Positions 1 to 11,596 of a stretch of 64,000 bases of DNA are shown here, piece after piece (the first letter of the stretch is position 1; the number at the start of each line of letters is the position of its first letter). The notes beneath the pieces are model-generated. The model was not told the DNA's origin. It made no database searches and worked only from the letters and a program-made list of their open reading frames with translations. A program made the translations under genes and the position numbers. This DNA comes from Macrostomum lignano (taxonomy: Eukaryota). The stretch spans positions 67,273-131,272 of the forward strand of contig NIVC01002897.1 of the NCBI GenBank assembly GCA_002269645.1, written 5' to 3'.

Positions 1-249
1 TGCTAGCAGCTGCTACAGGCTGACTGATGTCAACCACAGTTAGACATGCAGGATGCGGTACCTCCCGACCCCCAATTCGCTTTTTTATAGAGACCATGAA
101 AGCAGTGGTTTGGAATTGGGCTTTAAATTGTGCGAATCATGGATGCCTAAAATCTAGATGTCTGGATTGAAAATTTCTTGAGGAGCGTTTGTTGAAAAGT
201 GGAAGCAAGCAAGCAAAAAGTACCGTCCGCTTGCTTTGAAAGCAGTATG

Positions 250-687
250 CTCTGAGCTACTCTGAGCTACTCTGAGCTACTCTGAGCTACTCTGAGCTAC
301 TCTCTGAGCTACTCTGAGCTACTCTGAGCTACTCTGGGCTACTCTGAGCTACTCTGAGCTACTCTGGGCTACTCTGAGCTACTCTGAGCTACTCTGAGCT
401 ACTCTGAGCTACTCTGAGCTACTCTGAGCTACTCTGAGCTACTCTGAGCTACTCTGAGCTACTCTGGGCTACTCTGAGCTACTCTGAGCTACTCTGGGCT
501 ACTCTGAGCTACTCTGGGCTACTCTGGGCTACTCTGAGCTACTCTGAGCTACTCTGAGCTACTCTGAGCTACTCTGAGCTACTCTGAGCTACTCTGAGCT
601 ACTCTGAGCTACTCTGGGCTACTCTGAGCTACTCTGAGCTACTCTGGGCTACTCTGAGCTACTCTGGGCTACTCTGGGCTACTCTGA
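250..687. repeat. Tandem array of 10-mer CTCTGAGCTA (variant CTCTGGGCTA)
   Basis: About 43 consecutive units read directly. Confidence 0.97.
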
Positions 688-1067
688 ACTGAATTGTAGA
701 ATAAAAACACACAAAAGTATTAGTTTTCCCAGATTCAATTGCTAGCAGTCTTTGGCAAAGTCATCCCTTTTGATTGGAAGTTCAGGCGCCAGACTGAAAA
801 AATCAGGGGCATGGGGAACGCAGCGAAGCCGCGTGGCCTTGCTGTCCTCCTTGTGCCTTTCCGAACTTGTTTAAATTAACATAGTATTTTCGATTTTTTA
901 TAGAGATCTCGTTTGGAATTTCTCTGGCTTTGCGTGACGTGAATGCAGAATATACGCTGCAGAATTTACAGTTTCTTCATGTGTCTTAAAGTTAGAGAAA
1001 AAATGATGTGGGATTTTCTAAGTTTGTATTTTAATACTGCCAGCTTCTTTGTATTCTAACAAGGAGC

Positions 1068-1242
1068 GCTGGCGGCCCTGGTGCTGGCGCCCCTGGTGCT
1101 GGCGCCCCTGGTGCTGGCGCCCCTGGTGCTGGCGCCCCTGGTGCTGGCGCCCCTGGTGCTGGCGCCCCTGGTGCTGGCGCCCCTGGTGCTGGCGCCCCTG
1201 GTGCTGGCGCCCCTGGTGCTGGCGCCCCTGGTGCTGGCGCCC
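1068..1242. repeat. Tandem array of 15-mer GGCGCCCCTGGTGCT
   Basis: About 11 near-perfect units; source of the RQHQG/WRPWC/GASTR pseudo-ORFs. Confidence 0.96.
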
Positions 1243-1602
1243 TTTTGAATAAATGACACCCCTTAGATGAAATAGCGCCCTCTCGAATGCAGTGGGTAGA
1301 ATTTCTCTAAAACTTTGGCGACAAAACCAGTCATACTGACAGATCATATGCAGTATGGTACTGATTTGCAAACCAGACCAATGGCTAAAATCTTGACCGA
1401 ATGCTTGACTTAGCAATAATCGCTCCTTAAGAACCCCAGCTGTCGCGCTTCTCAAGAGGTGTCACTTTTATAAATCCTTTCTTTTGTTCTCAACCGACTG
1501 GCATTTGATAGGTTTTGGTTGACGTCTTTTGGATTTGACTGCAGCTTTGATTCCAGCAAAGCATGCGAAGTTCTTTGGAATTTCGTGCAGCTTAGGTTGA
1601 AT

Positions 1603-2320
1603 CTGAGCTACTCTGAGCTACTCTCTGAGCTACTCTCTTAGCTACTCTCTGAGCTACTCTCTGAGCTACTCTCTGAGCTACTCTCTGAGCTACTCTCTGA
1701 GCTACTCTCTGAGCTACTCTCTGAGCTACTCTCTGAGCTACTCTCTGAGCTACTCTCTGAGCTACTCTCTGAGCTACTCTCTGAGCTACTCTCTGAGCTA
1801 CTCTCTGAGCTACTCTCTGAGCTACTCTCTGAGCTACTCTCTGAGCTACTCTCTGAGCTACTCTCTGAGCTACTCTCTGATCTACTCTCTGAGCTACTCT
1901 CTGAGCTACTCTCTGATCTACTCTCTGAGCTACTCTCTGAGCTACTCTCTGAGCTACTCTCTGAGCTACTCTCTGAGCTACTCTCTGAGCTACTCTCTGA
2001 GCTACTCTCTGAGCTACTCTCTGAGCTACTCTCTGAGCTACTCTCTGAGCTACTCTCTGAGCTACTCTCTGAGCTACTCTCTGAGCTACTCTCTGAGCTA
2101 CTCTCTGAGCTACTCTCTGAGCTACTCTCTGAGCTACTCTCTGATCTACTCTCTGAGCTACTCTCTGAGCTACTCTCTGAGCTACTCTCTGAGCTACTCT
2201 CTGAGCTACTCTCTGAGCTACTCTCTGAGCTACTCTCTGAGCTACTCTCTGAGCTACTCTCTGAGCTACTCTCTGAGCTACTCTGAGCTACTCTGAGCTA
2301 CTCTGAGCTATCCTGAGCTA
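1603..2320. repeat. Tandem array of 12-mer CTCTCTGAGCTA, reverting to the 10-mer at both ends
   Basis: Read directly; the unit is the 250-687 10-mer plus one CT. Confidence 0.97.
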
Positions 2321-3869
2321 TTCAAGGCTCTGTCTTTTTCGCCCTATTTAATGCTTGATTTTGGTGTATTTTTGTCCAAAAAGATTTATCGTAAGTGCCA
2401 ACTATATACAGTTTATCGTATCTATTTATCCATCTAGACCTCCAGCACGTAGCTATTGCTATATATATCGTATATCCGAGTCCAGCTATATATGGAAAGT
2501 GGATTTATCAGATTAGCAGGGATCATTAGCCAGTTAACGAGATGAGAACTAATATCTTAGTGACTTGAAGTCGCACACCACATATAAGTCTGCTCATAGC
2601 TAATCAAATGGATTGTGCAACTCTCTCGAAAGTTCATCTGCAGGTTCGAACTTACTGGCTTTAGATTTTATGTGAATTTTTTTGCTTCTATGGTGAATTT
2701 GGTGTCTGACTCTTAACGACCAGTGGCCGCTGGTGGGTTGTCGTGGGAGTCACAGCCATCAGGGCTTCAGAATAATCTTCATATAAATTTTATATTTTGC
2801 ACCTCTTGTTGGTTTTAACTACGAACTCGAAAATGTTGAGGTTTTGCTGCCTTTGCCATTATTTCTGCCCGTAGCAACGCAGCAGAAGAAGACTTTGCCT
2901 ATCTGTTGTATATAACAGCCCAAGATGCAATCGCTACTCCATCAAGGCTGCAAAATCGCCAATCTTGATTCGACATCGAAGGGGTGGGGGTCGGGCCTGA
3001 TGGGACAAAACAAACAATAATTCTTCCTACCCAAATCTTCTCCACTATACGTGCAGCAGAGTGCAGTCACTGGCTGTGGAATCTTCCAATGCAGACCTGA
3101 CATCCGTGACGTTGCGATGTTCAGCTGACAGCATAGCGTTCCCCTCCACCCAGGGGTCTTACAATCCTAGACATCCCATATTTACATTTTCTTCCTTCGA
3201 CATGCATTATATTGAATAGAATTGACTTTTGTGTAAATATAAATCAATTAATCCTGGCAAAGAAACTAATATTTCGCACTAATTTCTTGCCATTTTTACG
3301 GCTGACTGCTATCTTCGGTAAGTTGCTGAGAGCCTCGAGACTTTAGAGTTGAAGTACAAGGTTACTGGTTAAACCCTTTTTGTTTGGTGTACAAATATTT
3401 TTTGACACTAAACCAACGCTCTTACCTCTCGAAGTGCGTAATGCTGATGACGAACTAATTGAGATCCAGACTTGTGATCGATTCAATACCCATGAGAACG
3501 AACACGGATGCGCGGGGCTCTGTGCACCCTGGCGCACTTTAAGCGACATTGTCACACAACCGGCGAGAGGCATTGCTGCCCATTCCGCCGGCTCCCCTGA
3601 GTAGGCACACACCACACAGGAGTGTACAGCGGCCCTAACTTTATTTATCGTTAGGCATGTACACTTCACTGCGCCTTGGGGGGGGGGGGGCTGGCCCGCA
3701 TGATTCCAATTCCAAATTTTTAGCCCCCAGACTAGCAATCTTCGCCCCCCGATGGGGGACATCTGGATAGAATCTCTGTTCTCTACAAGTAACAAAAAAA
3801 CAGCCAAAAATCCTTCAAAAAGACAACAGACAAACTGCTCAAATGAAGTGCATTGCAAAAAGAAATCAT

Positions 3870-4225
3870 CCCAAGACCGCAAGCATCCCCCAGATAGCAA
3901 GCGTCCCCCAGATAGCAAGCATCCCCCAGATAGCAAGCATCCCCCGGATAGCAAGCATCCCCAGATAGCAAGCATCCCCCAGATAGCAAGCATCCCCCAG
4001 ATAGCAAGCATCCCTCAGATAGCAAGCATCCCCAAGATAGCAAGCATCCCCCAGATAGCAAGCATCCCTCAGATAGCAAGCATCCCCCAGATTGCAAGCA
4101 TCCCCCAGATAGCAAGCATCCCCGGATAGCAAGCATCCCCAGATAGCAAGCGTCCCCAGATAGAAGCATCCCCAAGATAGCAAGCATCCCCAAGATAGAT
4201 AGCATCCCCAAATAGTAAGCATCCA
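3870..4225. repeat. 18-19-mer array CAGATAGCAAGCATCCCC inside Helitron copy A
   Basis: Read directly; a homologous degenerate array lies at 7605-8045. Confidence 0.93.
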
Positions 4226-4379
4226 CCAGACAATAAGTAGCTAGTGCGACAATTTCCTTAGCATTATAGCGGCTCCTTTAAAATTCGCTTACTTTTACGT
4301 TTGAAATTGTGTATCTTTTATGTTTAACAGGGTGGCTCTTTTTTGTTATACATTGTGGCTCTTTTTTGTTCTACGCTCG

Positions 4380-6778
4380 TACATGGTAACTCTTTTATGT
4401 TTGATACGGTGGCTTTTCAATGTCTGACATGGTGGCTCTTCTATGTTTGACATGGGGGCTCTTCTATGTTTGACATGGGGGCTCTTCTATGTTTGACAAA
4501 GTGGCTTTTTAATGTTTGACATGGTGGCTCTATTATGTTTGACATGGTGGCTCTATTATGTTTGACATGGTGGCTCTATTATGTTTGACATGGTGGCTCT
4601 ATTATGTTTGACATGGTGGCTCTTTAATGTTCAAAAAGGTGGCTCTTTACTTTTTGACATGGTGGCTCTTTAATGTTGGACATGGTGGCTTTTTAATGTT
4701 AGACATGGTGGCTCTTTAATGTTTGACATGGTAGCTCTTTTATGTTCGACATGGTGGCTCTTTTATGTTCGGCATGGTGTCGCTTCAATGTTTGACATGG
4801 AGTTACGTATATGTTTTACATGGTGGCTCGTTAATGTTTTACATGGTGGAACTTTCATGTTTGACCTGGTGGCTCTTTAATATTGAACATGGTGGCTCTT
4901 TTATGTTTGACATGGTGGCTCTTTTATCTTTGACATGGTGGCTCTGTAATGTTCGACATGGAGTCATGTATATGTTTGACATGGTGGCTCTTAAATGTTC
5001 GACATGGTGGCTCCTTAATGTTTGACATAGTGTCTCTTTAATGTTTGACATGGAGTCATGTATATGTTTGACATGGTGGCTCTTTAATGTTAGACATGGT
5101 GGCTCTTTTTTGTTTTGCATGGTGGCTCTTTTATGTTCGACATGGTGTCTCTTCAATGTTTGACATGGAGTCATGTATATGTTTGACATGGATGCTCTTG
5201 TATTTTTAACATGTTGACTCTTTAATGTTCGAAATGGTAGCTCTTAATTGTCTAACATGGAGTCACGTTATATGTTTGACATGGAGTCATGCATATGCCT
5301 GATATGGTAGCTCTTTAATGTTTTACATGGAATCACGTATATGTTTCACATGTTGGCTATTTTATGTTTGACATGGTGGTTCTTAAATGTTCGACATGGT
5401 GGCTCTTTAATGTTTTACATGGTGGCACTTTCATGTTTGACCTGGTGGCTCTTTAATGTTTGACATGGTGGCTCTTTAATATTTGACATGGTGGCCCTTT
5501 TATGTTCGACATGGTGGCTCTTCAATGTTTGACATGGAGTCATGTATATGTTTGACATGGTAGCTCTTGAATGTTCAACATGGAGTCATGTATATGTTTG
5601 ACATGGTAGCTCTTGAATGTTCAACATGGAGTCATGTATATGTTTGACATGGTGGCTCTTTAATGTTTGACATAGTGTCTCTTTAATGTTTGACATGGAG
5701 TCATGTATATGTTTAACATGGTGGCTCTTCAATGTTTGACATGGAGTCATGTATATGTTTGCCATGGTGGCTCTTTAATGTTAGACATGGTGGCTCTTTT
5801 ATGTTTTGCATGGTGGCTCTTTTATGTTCGACATGGTGTCTCTTCAATGTTTGACATGGAGTCATGTATATGTTTGACATGGTGGCTCTTGTATTTTTAA
5901 CATGTTGGCTCTTTAATGTTCGACATGGTGGCTCTTTAATGTCTAACATGGAGTCACGTATATGTTTGACATGGAGTCATGTATATGTCTGAAATGGTAG
6001 CTCTTTAATGTTTTACATGGAGTCACGTATATGTTTCACATGGTGGCTATTTTATGTTTGACATGGTGGTTCTTAAATGTTCGACATGGTGGCTCTTTAA
6101 TGTGTTAAATGGTGGCACTTTCATGTTTGACCTGGTGGCTCTTTAATGTTTGACATAGTGTCTCTTTAATGTTTGACATGGAGTCATGTATATGTTTGAC
6201 ATGGTAGCTCTTGAATGTTCGACATAGAGTCATGTATATTTTTGCCATGGTGGCTCTTTAATGTTAGACATGGTGGCACTTTCATGTTTGACCTGGTGGC
6301 TCTTTAATGTTTGACATGGTGGCTCTTTAATATTTGACATGGTGGCCCTTTAATATTTGACATGGTGGCCCTTTAATGTTCGACATGGTGGCTCTTCAAT
6401 GTTCGACATGGAGTCATGTATATGTTTGACCTGGTTGCTCTTTAATGTTTGACATGGTGGCTCTTTAATGTTCGACATGGTGGCTCTTTTAGGTTTGAAA
6501 TGGTGGCTCTTTAATGTTTGACATGGTGGCTTTTTAATGTTCGACATGGTGGCTCTTTTATGTTCGACATGGCGTCATGTATATGTTTGACATGGTGGCT
6601 CTTTAATGTTCGACATGGTGGCTCTTCAATGTTCGACATGGAGTCATGTATATGTTTGACCTGGTTGCTCTTTATTGTTTGACATGGTGGCTCTTTAATG
6701 TTCGACATGGTGGCTCTTTTAGGTTTGAAATGGTGGCTCTTTAATGTTTGACATGGTGGCTCTTTAATGTTTGACATT
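4380..6778. repeat. 23-mer minisatellite TTTGACATGGTGGCTCTTTAATG (variant TTTGACATGGAGTCATGTATATG)
   Basis: Period 23 (TTTGAC at 4561 and 4584); about 100 degenerate units. Confidence 0.95.
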
Positions 6779-6840
6779 GTGCTTTTTTGTGTTTAGCATT
6801 TTGTGTTTTTAAGGTTTTTGAATAAAAAAATCTTTTTGCA

Positions 6841-6905
6841 CTACTAAGATTCGAACCCAGGTCGCAGCATTAGCAGTCCAGTCTGTTCGCATCTATGCTA
6901 TCTCT
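6841..6905 (-). other. tRNA-like Pol III promoter module (A and B boxes) inside Helitron copy A
   Basis: Minus strand: TAGCATAGATG ... GGGTTCGAATC; no complete cloverleaf seen. Confidence 0.55.
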
Positions 6906-7604
6906 TGTCTTGAATTGTGGCCCTTATAATTTAATTCTTATAGCAAATCGGTTAGAGTAAAAAGTTATGACATAATCAATTTCTCAGTCAGCCAGTATCA
7001 GTGTCAATTTAAGTTAGCAATATTGTTACGCAATTTAAATCAAGTTTTGTGTGCATTTGTTCGGCACTGTTTTCAACTGGTTGTGATGTAATCTTTATCA
7101 CAATTGGAATTCAGTCAGTCAGTTTTTTCTCTAGCATTTTTACAATGCATTTCAGGTCGAAAGAGCTGCTTGACCTTTGCAAAAAAGCATGTTTTTCGAA
7201 TATTTAATCCCTTTAAAATTGAGAAATTTCTTAGCCAAGATGCATGTACCGTCCCAGGAAAATTTCTGATCAAATGGTGCAAGTTTGAAGAAAATCGGTT
7301 GAGCCATTTTTTCTGAAATCTATCGCATACCTACCTACCCACAGACAACTCATTTTTAGTATATAGGACTAGCAATCTAGTGCGGCCCCCCTTCGGGGCG
7401 CCCAATAAGAAAGGAGCAAAAATAGTTCATGGAAAACAATAAAAAAACACATTTTCTTAAACACTAATTCCTTCTTCACATTTTAAAAATCACCTTATTC
7501 GTGTAAAATTGTCACGGACTAAGATGTTTGCAAAATTAAAAAATCACTTTTTCTCTAAAATTAACAAACAGTCAACAAAATATCGTTTCCCTAAATAGAA
7601 AATA

Positions 7605-8045
7605 TTCCCAAGACAGCAAGCAACCCCCTCCAAAAGTGAACAATCGCAGATAGCAAGCATCCTCTAATGCTCATAGCAAGAATCACCACAGATAGCAAGC
7701 ATCTGCAGATTAGCAAGCACCCCCAGATATTATAGAAGCATCCACCCAGATAGCAAGCATCCACTCAGATAGCAAGCATTCTGCAGATAGCAAGCACCCC
7801 CAGATATTATAGAAGCATCCTGCAGATAGCAAGCACCCCCCAGATATTATAGAAGCATCCACCCAGATAGCAAGCATCCTGCAGATAGCAAGAATCCCTA
7901 AATAGCAAGCATCCTGCAGATAGCAAGAATCCCTGAATAGCAAGCATCCCTGGATAGAAAGAATCCCATGCATGTAGCCAGTACCCCCTCTCCCAAATAG
8001 CAAGTATCCCCCCTCGAGAGCAAGCATCCACGAGACAGCAAGTAG
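7605..8045. repeat. Degenerate AGATAGCAAGCATCC array inside Helitron copy B
   Basis: Read directly; same unit as 3870-4225. Confidence 0.88.
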
Positions 8046-8162
8046 CTAGTGCAAATGTTACTTCCGCTAATGCAATAATCGCTTTCTCAGGTTGTGCAAC
8101 AATCCACGTCTCAGCGAGCGCAATAATCTCTTTTTTAGACAGCGCAGTAATCAGCTTCTCAG

Positions 8163-10305
8163 CTAGTGCAATAATCCTTGGTTTATTAATAGCAATAATC
8201 CTTGATTAATCAAGTGCAATAATCCTTGGTTTATCAAGTGCAATAATCCTTGGTTTATCAAGTGCAGTAATCTTTGGCTTATCAAGTGCAATAATCCTTG
8301 GTTTATCAAGTGCAATAATCCTTTGTTTATCAAGTGCAATAATCCTTGGTTTATCAAGTGCAATAATCCTTGGTTTATTAAGTGCAATAATCCTTGGTTT
8401 ATCAAGTGCAATAATCCTTGGTTTATCTAGCGCAGTAATCCTTGGCTTATCAGGTGCAATAATCCTTGGTTTATCAAGTGCAATATTTGTTTATCAAGTG
8501 CAATAATCCTTGGTTTATCAAGTGAAATAATCCTTGGTTTATCAAGTGCAATAATCCTTGGCTTATCAACTGCAATAATCCTTGGTTTATCAAGCGCAGT
8601 AATCTTTGGCCTATCAAGTGCAATAATCCTTGGTTTATCAAGTGCAGTAATCCTTGGCCTATCAAGTGCAATAATCCTTGGTTTATCAAGTGCAATAATC
8701 CTTGGTTTATCAAGTGCAATAATCCTTGGTTTGCCAAGAGCAATAATCCTTAGTTTATCGAGTGCAGTAATCCTTAGTTTTCCAAGTGCAGTAATCCTTG
8801 GTTTATTAAGAGCAATAATCCTTGGCTTATCGAGTGCAGTAATCCTTGGTTTGCCAAGAGCAATAATCCTTGGTTTATCAAGTGCAATAATCCTTGGTTT
8901 ATCAAGTGCAATAATCCTTGGTTTATCAAGTGCAATAATCCTTGGTTTATCAGATGCAATAATCCTTGGCTTATCAACTGCAATAATCCTTGGTTTATCA
9001 GATGCAATAATCCTTGGCTTATCAACTGCAATAATCCTTGGTTTATCAAGTGCAATAATCCTTGGTTTATCAAGCGCAGTAATCTTTGGCCTATCAAGTG
9101 CAATAATCCTTGGTTTATCAAGTGCAATAATCCTTGGTTTATCAAGTGCAATAATCTTTGGTTTATCAGATGCAATAATCCTTGGCTTATCAACTGCAAT
9201 AATCCTTGGTTTATCAAGTGCAATAATCCTTGGCTTATCAAGTGCAATAATCCTTGTTTTATCAAGCGCAGTAATCTTTGGCCTATCAAGTGCAATAATC
9301 CTTGGTTTATCAAGTGCAGTAATCCTTGGCCTATCAAGTGCAATAATCCTTGGTTTATCAAGTGCAATAGTCTTTGGTTTATCGAGTGCAGTAATCCTTA
9401 GTTTTCCAAGTGCAGTAATCCTTGGTTTATTAAGAGCAATAATCCTTGGTTTATCGAGTGCAGTAGTCCTTGGTTTATTAATATCAATAATCCTTGAATA
9501 ATCCAGTGCATTAATCCTTGGCTTATCAAGTGCAACATTCTTTACTATCAAGTGCAATAATCCATGGCTTATCAAGTGCAATAATCCTTGGCTTATCAAG
9601 TGCAATAATCCTTGGTTTATCAAGTGCAATAATCCTTTGTTTATCAAGTGCAATAATCCTTTGTTTATCAAGTGCAATAATCCTTTGTTTATCAAGTGCA
9701 ATAATCCTTGGTTTATCAAGCGCAGTAATCCTTGGCTTATTAAGTGCAATAATCCTTGGCTTATTAAGTGCAATAATCCTTGGTTTATCAAGTGCAATAG
9801 TCCTTGGTTTATCGAGTGCAGTAATCGTTGGTTTTCCAAGTGCAATAATCCTTGGCTTCTTGAGTGCAGTAATCCTTGGTTTGCCAAGAGCAATAGTCCT
9901 TGGTTTATCGAGTGCAGTAATCCTTGGTTTTCCAAGTGCAGTAATCCTTGGTTTATTAATAGCAATAATCCTTGGCTTCTTGAGTGCAGTAATCCTTGGT
10001 TTGCCAAGAGCAATAGTCCTTGGTTTATCGAGTGCATTAATCCTTGGTTTTCCAAGTGCAATAATTCTTGGCTTCTTGAGTGCAGTAATCCTTGGTTTGC
10101 CAAGAGCAATAGTCCTTGGTTTATCGAGTGCAGTAATCCTTGGTTTTTCAAGTGCCGTAATCCTTGGTTTATTAATAGCAATAATCCTTGATTAATCAAG
10201 TGCAGTAATCTTTGGTTTGCCAAGAGCAATAGTCCTTGGTTTATCGAGTGCAGTAGTCCTTGGTTTATTAATAGCAATAATCCTTGGCTTATCGAGTGCA
10301 GTAAT
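8163..10305. repeat. 24-mer minisatellite AGTGCAATAATCCTTGGTTTATCA
   Basis: About 89 units; the 8-residue periodicity of the 616/256/225 aa pseudo-ORFs reflects the 24-bp unit. Confidence 0.96.
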
Positions 10306-10372
10306 CTAAGTGTTTTTATTTAGTCCTTTAATAAAACCTTTTAATAAAAAATTTTACACTACTACTTTTAAA

Positions 10373-10437
10373 CTACTTAGATTCGAACCTAGGTCGCTGC
10401 ATTAGCAGTCTGGTCTGTTCAGCTCTAGGCTAGCTCT
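10373..10437 (-). other. tRNA-like Pol III promoter module inside Helitron copy B
   Basis: Homologous to 6841-6905; minus strand TAGCCTAGAG ... TAGGTTCGAATC. Confidence 0.55.
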
Positions 10438-11596
10438 CATCGAAGTTATCAGTGATGTTGTACCACTTATATAATTCAACACTCACACCAAGTCAGGTAG
10501 AGTAAAAAGTCTCACGAAGCAGTTATGACATAATCAATTTCTTAGGCAAGTCAGTACCAGTGTCTATGAAAGTTTACAATATGGTTACGTAATATAAATT
10601 CAGTACTGCGCTATGCTTTCACACTCAAAGCTGTGACGCAATTCAATTGAGTGTCAAATTCAGCCAGTACACAGACGATAAATAAAGTGTATTGTGATGC
10701 AATCTATTTCAGAATCAGAATTCAACCAGTCAGTTTTTCTGCTAGCATTCTTCCGATGCATTTCAAGTCGAAAGAGCTGCTTGACCTTTGCAAAAAAGCA
10801 TGTTTTTCGAATATTTAATCCCTTTAGCATCAAGCAATTTCTTAGCCACGATGCATGTACTGTCACGGGAAAATTTCTGATCGAACAGTGCAAGTTCGAA
10901 GAAAATCGGTTGAGCCGTTTTTGCTAAAATCGATCACACACACACACATACACACACACACATACCGACAGACCATTTTTAGTATATTGGATTTTGGCGA
11001 AAACGCGATGAAAATCGGTGAAGAATTGCAATCTGTAGAGCGTTATGGACATACAAATATTAGAGATTTAGTATATTTAGACTAGAGCGTTATGGACAAG
11101 CAAGCATTCAAACATACAAACCTTAGAGATTTAGTATATTTAGATTAATGTGACGGCACTTGGAATCGAGCCTTGGCCGTTAAGCGAAGCCATTCGAACT
11201 CGCGACCTTTGGAAACGCTTGGAAAAGTCTCAGATTGGGAATGGTGGCTTGGCATTGGCCAGCGCTAGAACCCCCCACCAATAGCCTTTAAAAATATTCG
11301 TATTCCGGTGTATGTCTACGCCAAGCTATTTCGGCTACGCCAAAAAATGGGCTGTAGCCAACCAGAGATCAACCCGACGCCATGGTATATACTTCGCCTG
11401 AAGCTAAAGAAGAGCATTCAGGATTTTTAGAAGCTCAGTCACTTTTACCGGTACAATTCAAGCTTTAAGATTCCTGGCCTATTCTCGAAAGCGAATACAG
11501 TTTTTACTGTCGATAAGTAGACGTGAGTATGTGCGAGCGTATGCTATTTGTCTTCTTTTGTGTTTCTGCTTTCAGTGCAATAACTGACAATAAATA

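Larger units (their letters stand above)
3732..7368 (-). mobile_element. Non-autonomous Helitron-like element, copy A
   Basis: On the minus strand it starts TCCTATATACTAAAAATG (7368) and ends CCCCCATCGGGGG hairpin ... GATTGCTAG (3732), followed by T. It shares modules with 7369-10991. No Rep/helicase ORF. Confidence 0.7.
7369..10991 (-). mobile_element. Non-autonomous Helitron-like element, copy B (head-to-tail with copy A)
   Basis: On the minus strand it starts A|TCCAATATACTAAAAATG (10991) and ends GCCCCGAAGGGGGGC hairpin ... GATTGCTAG (7369), abutting the TC of copy A. 10715-10991 aligns closely by eye to 7105-7368. Confidence 0.7.

Noticed and set aside
3300-3604. Possible decayed non-LTR reverse transcriptase fragment (DELIEIQTCDRF resembling the 'IE.V..FKYLG' region)
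   Set aside because: The match needs assumed frameshifts, and no clear YADD/FADD motif is present; it needs a TBLASTN/HMM search.
8427-10277. 616 aa and overlapping ORFs (LHLINQGL / ALDKPRII) resembling LRR or coiled-coil proteins
   Set aside because: They are translations of a 24-bp minisatellite, open in several frames on both strands, with no unique domain.
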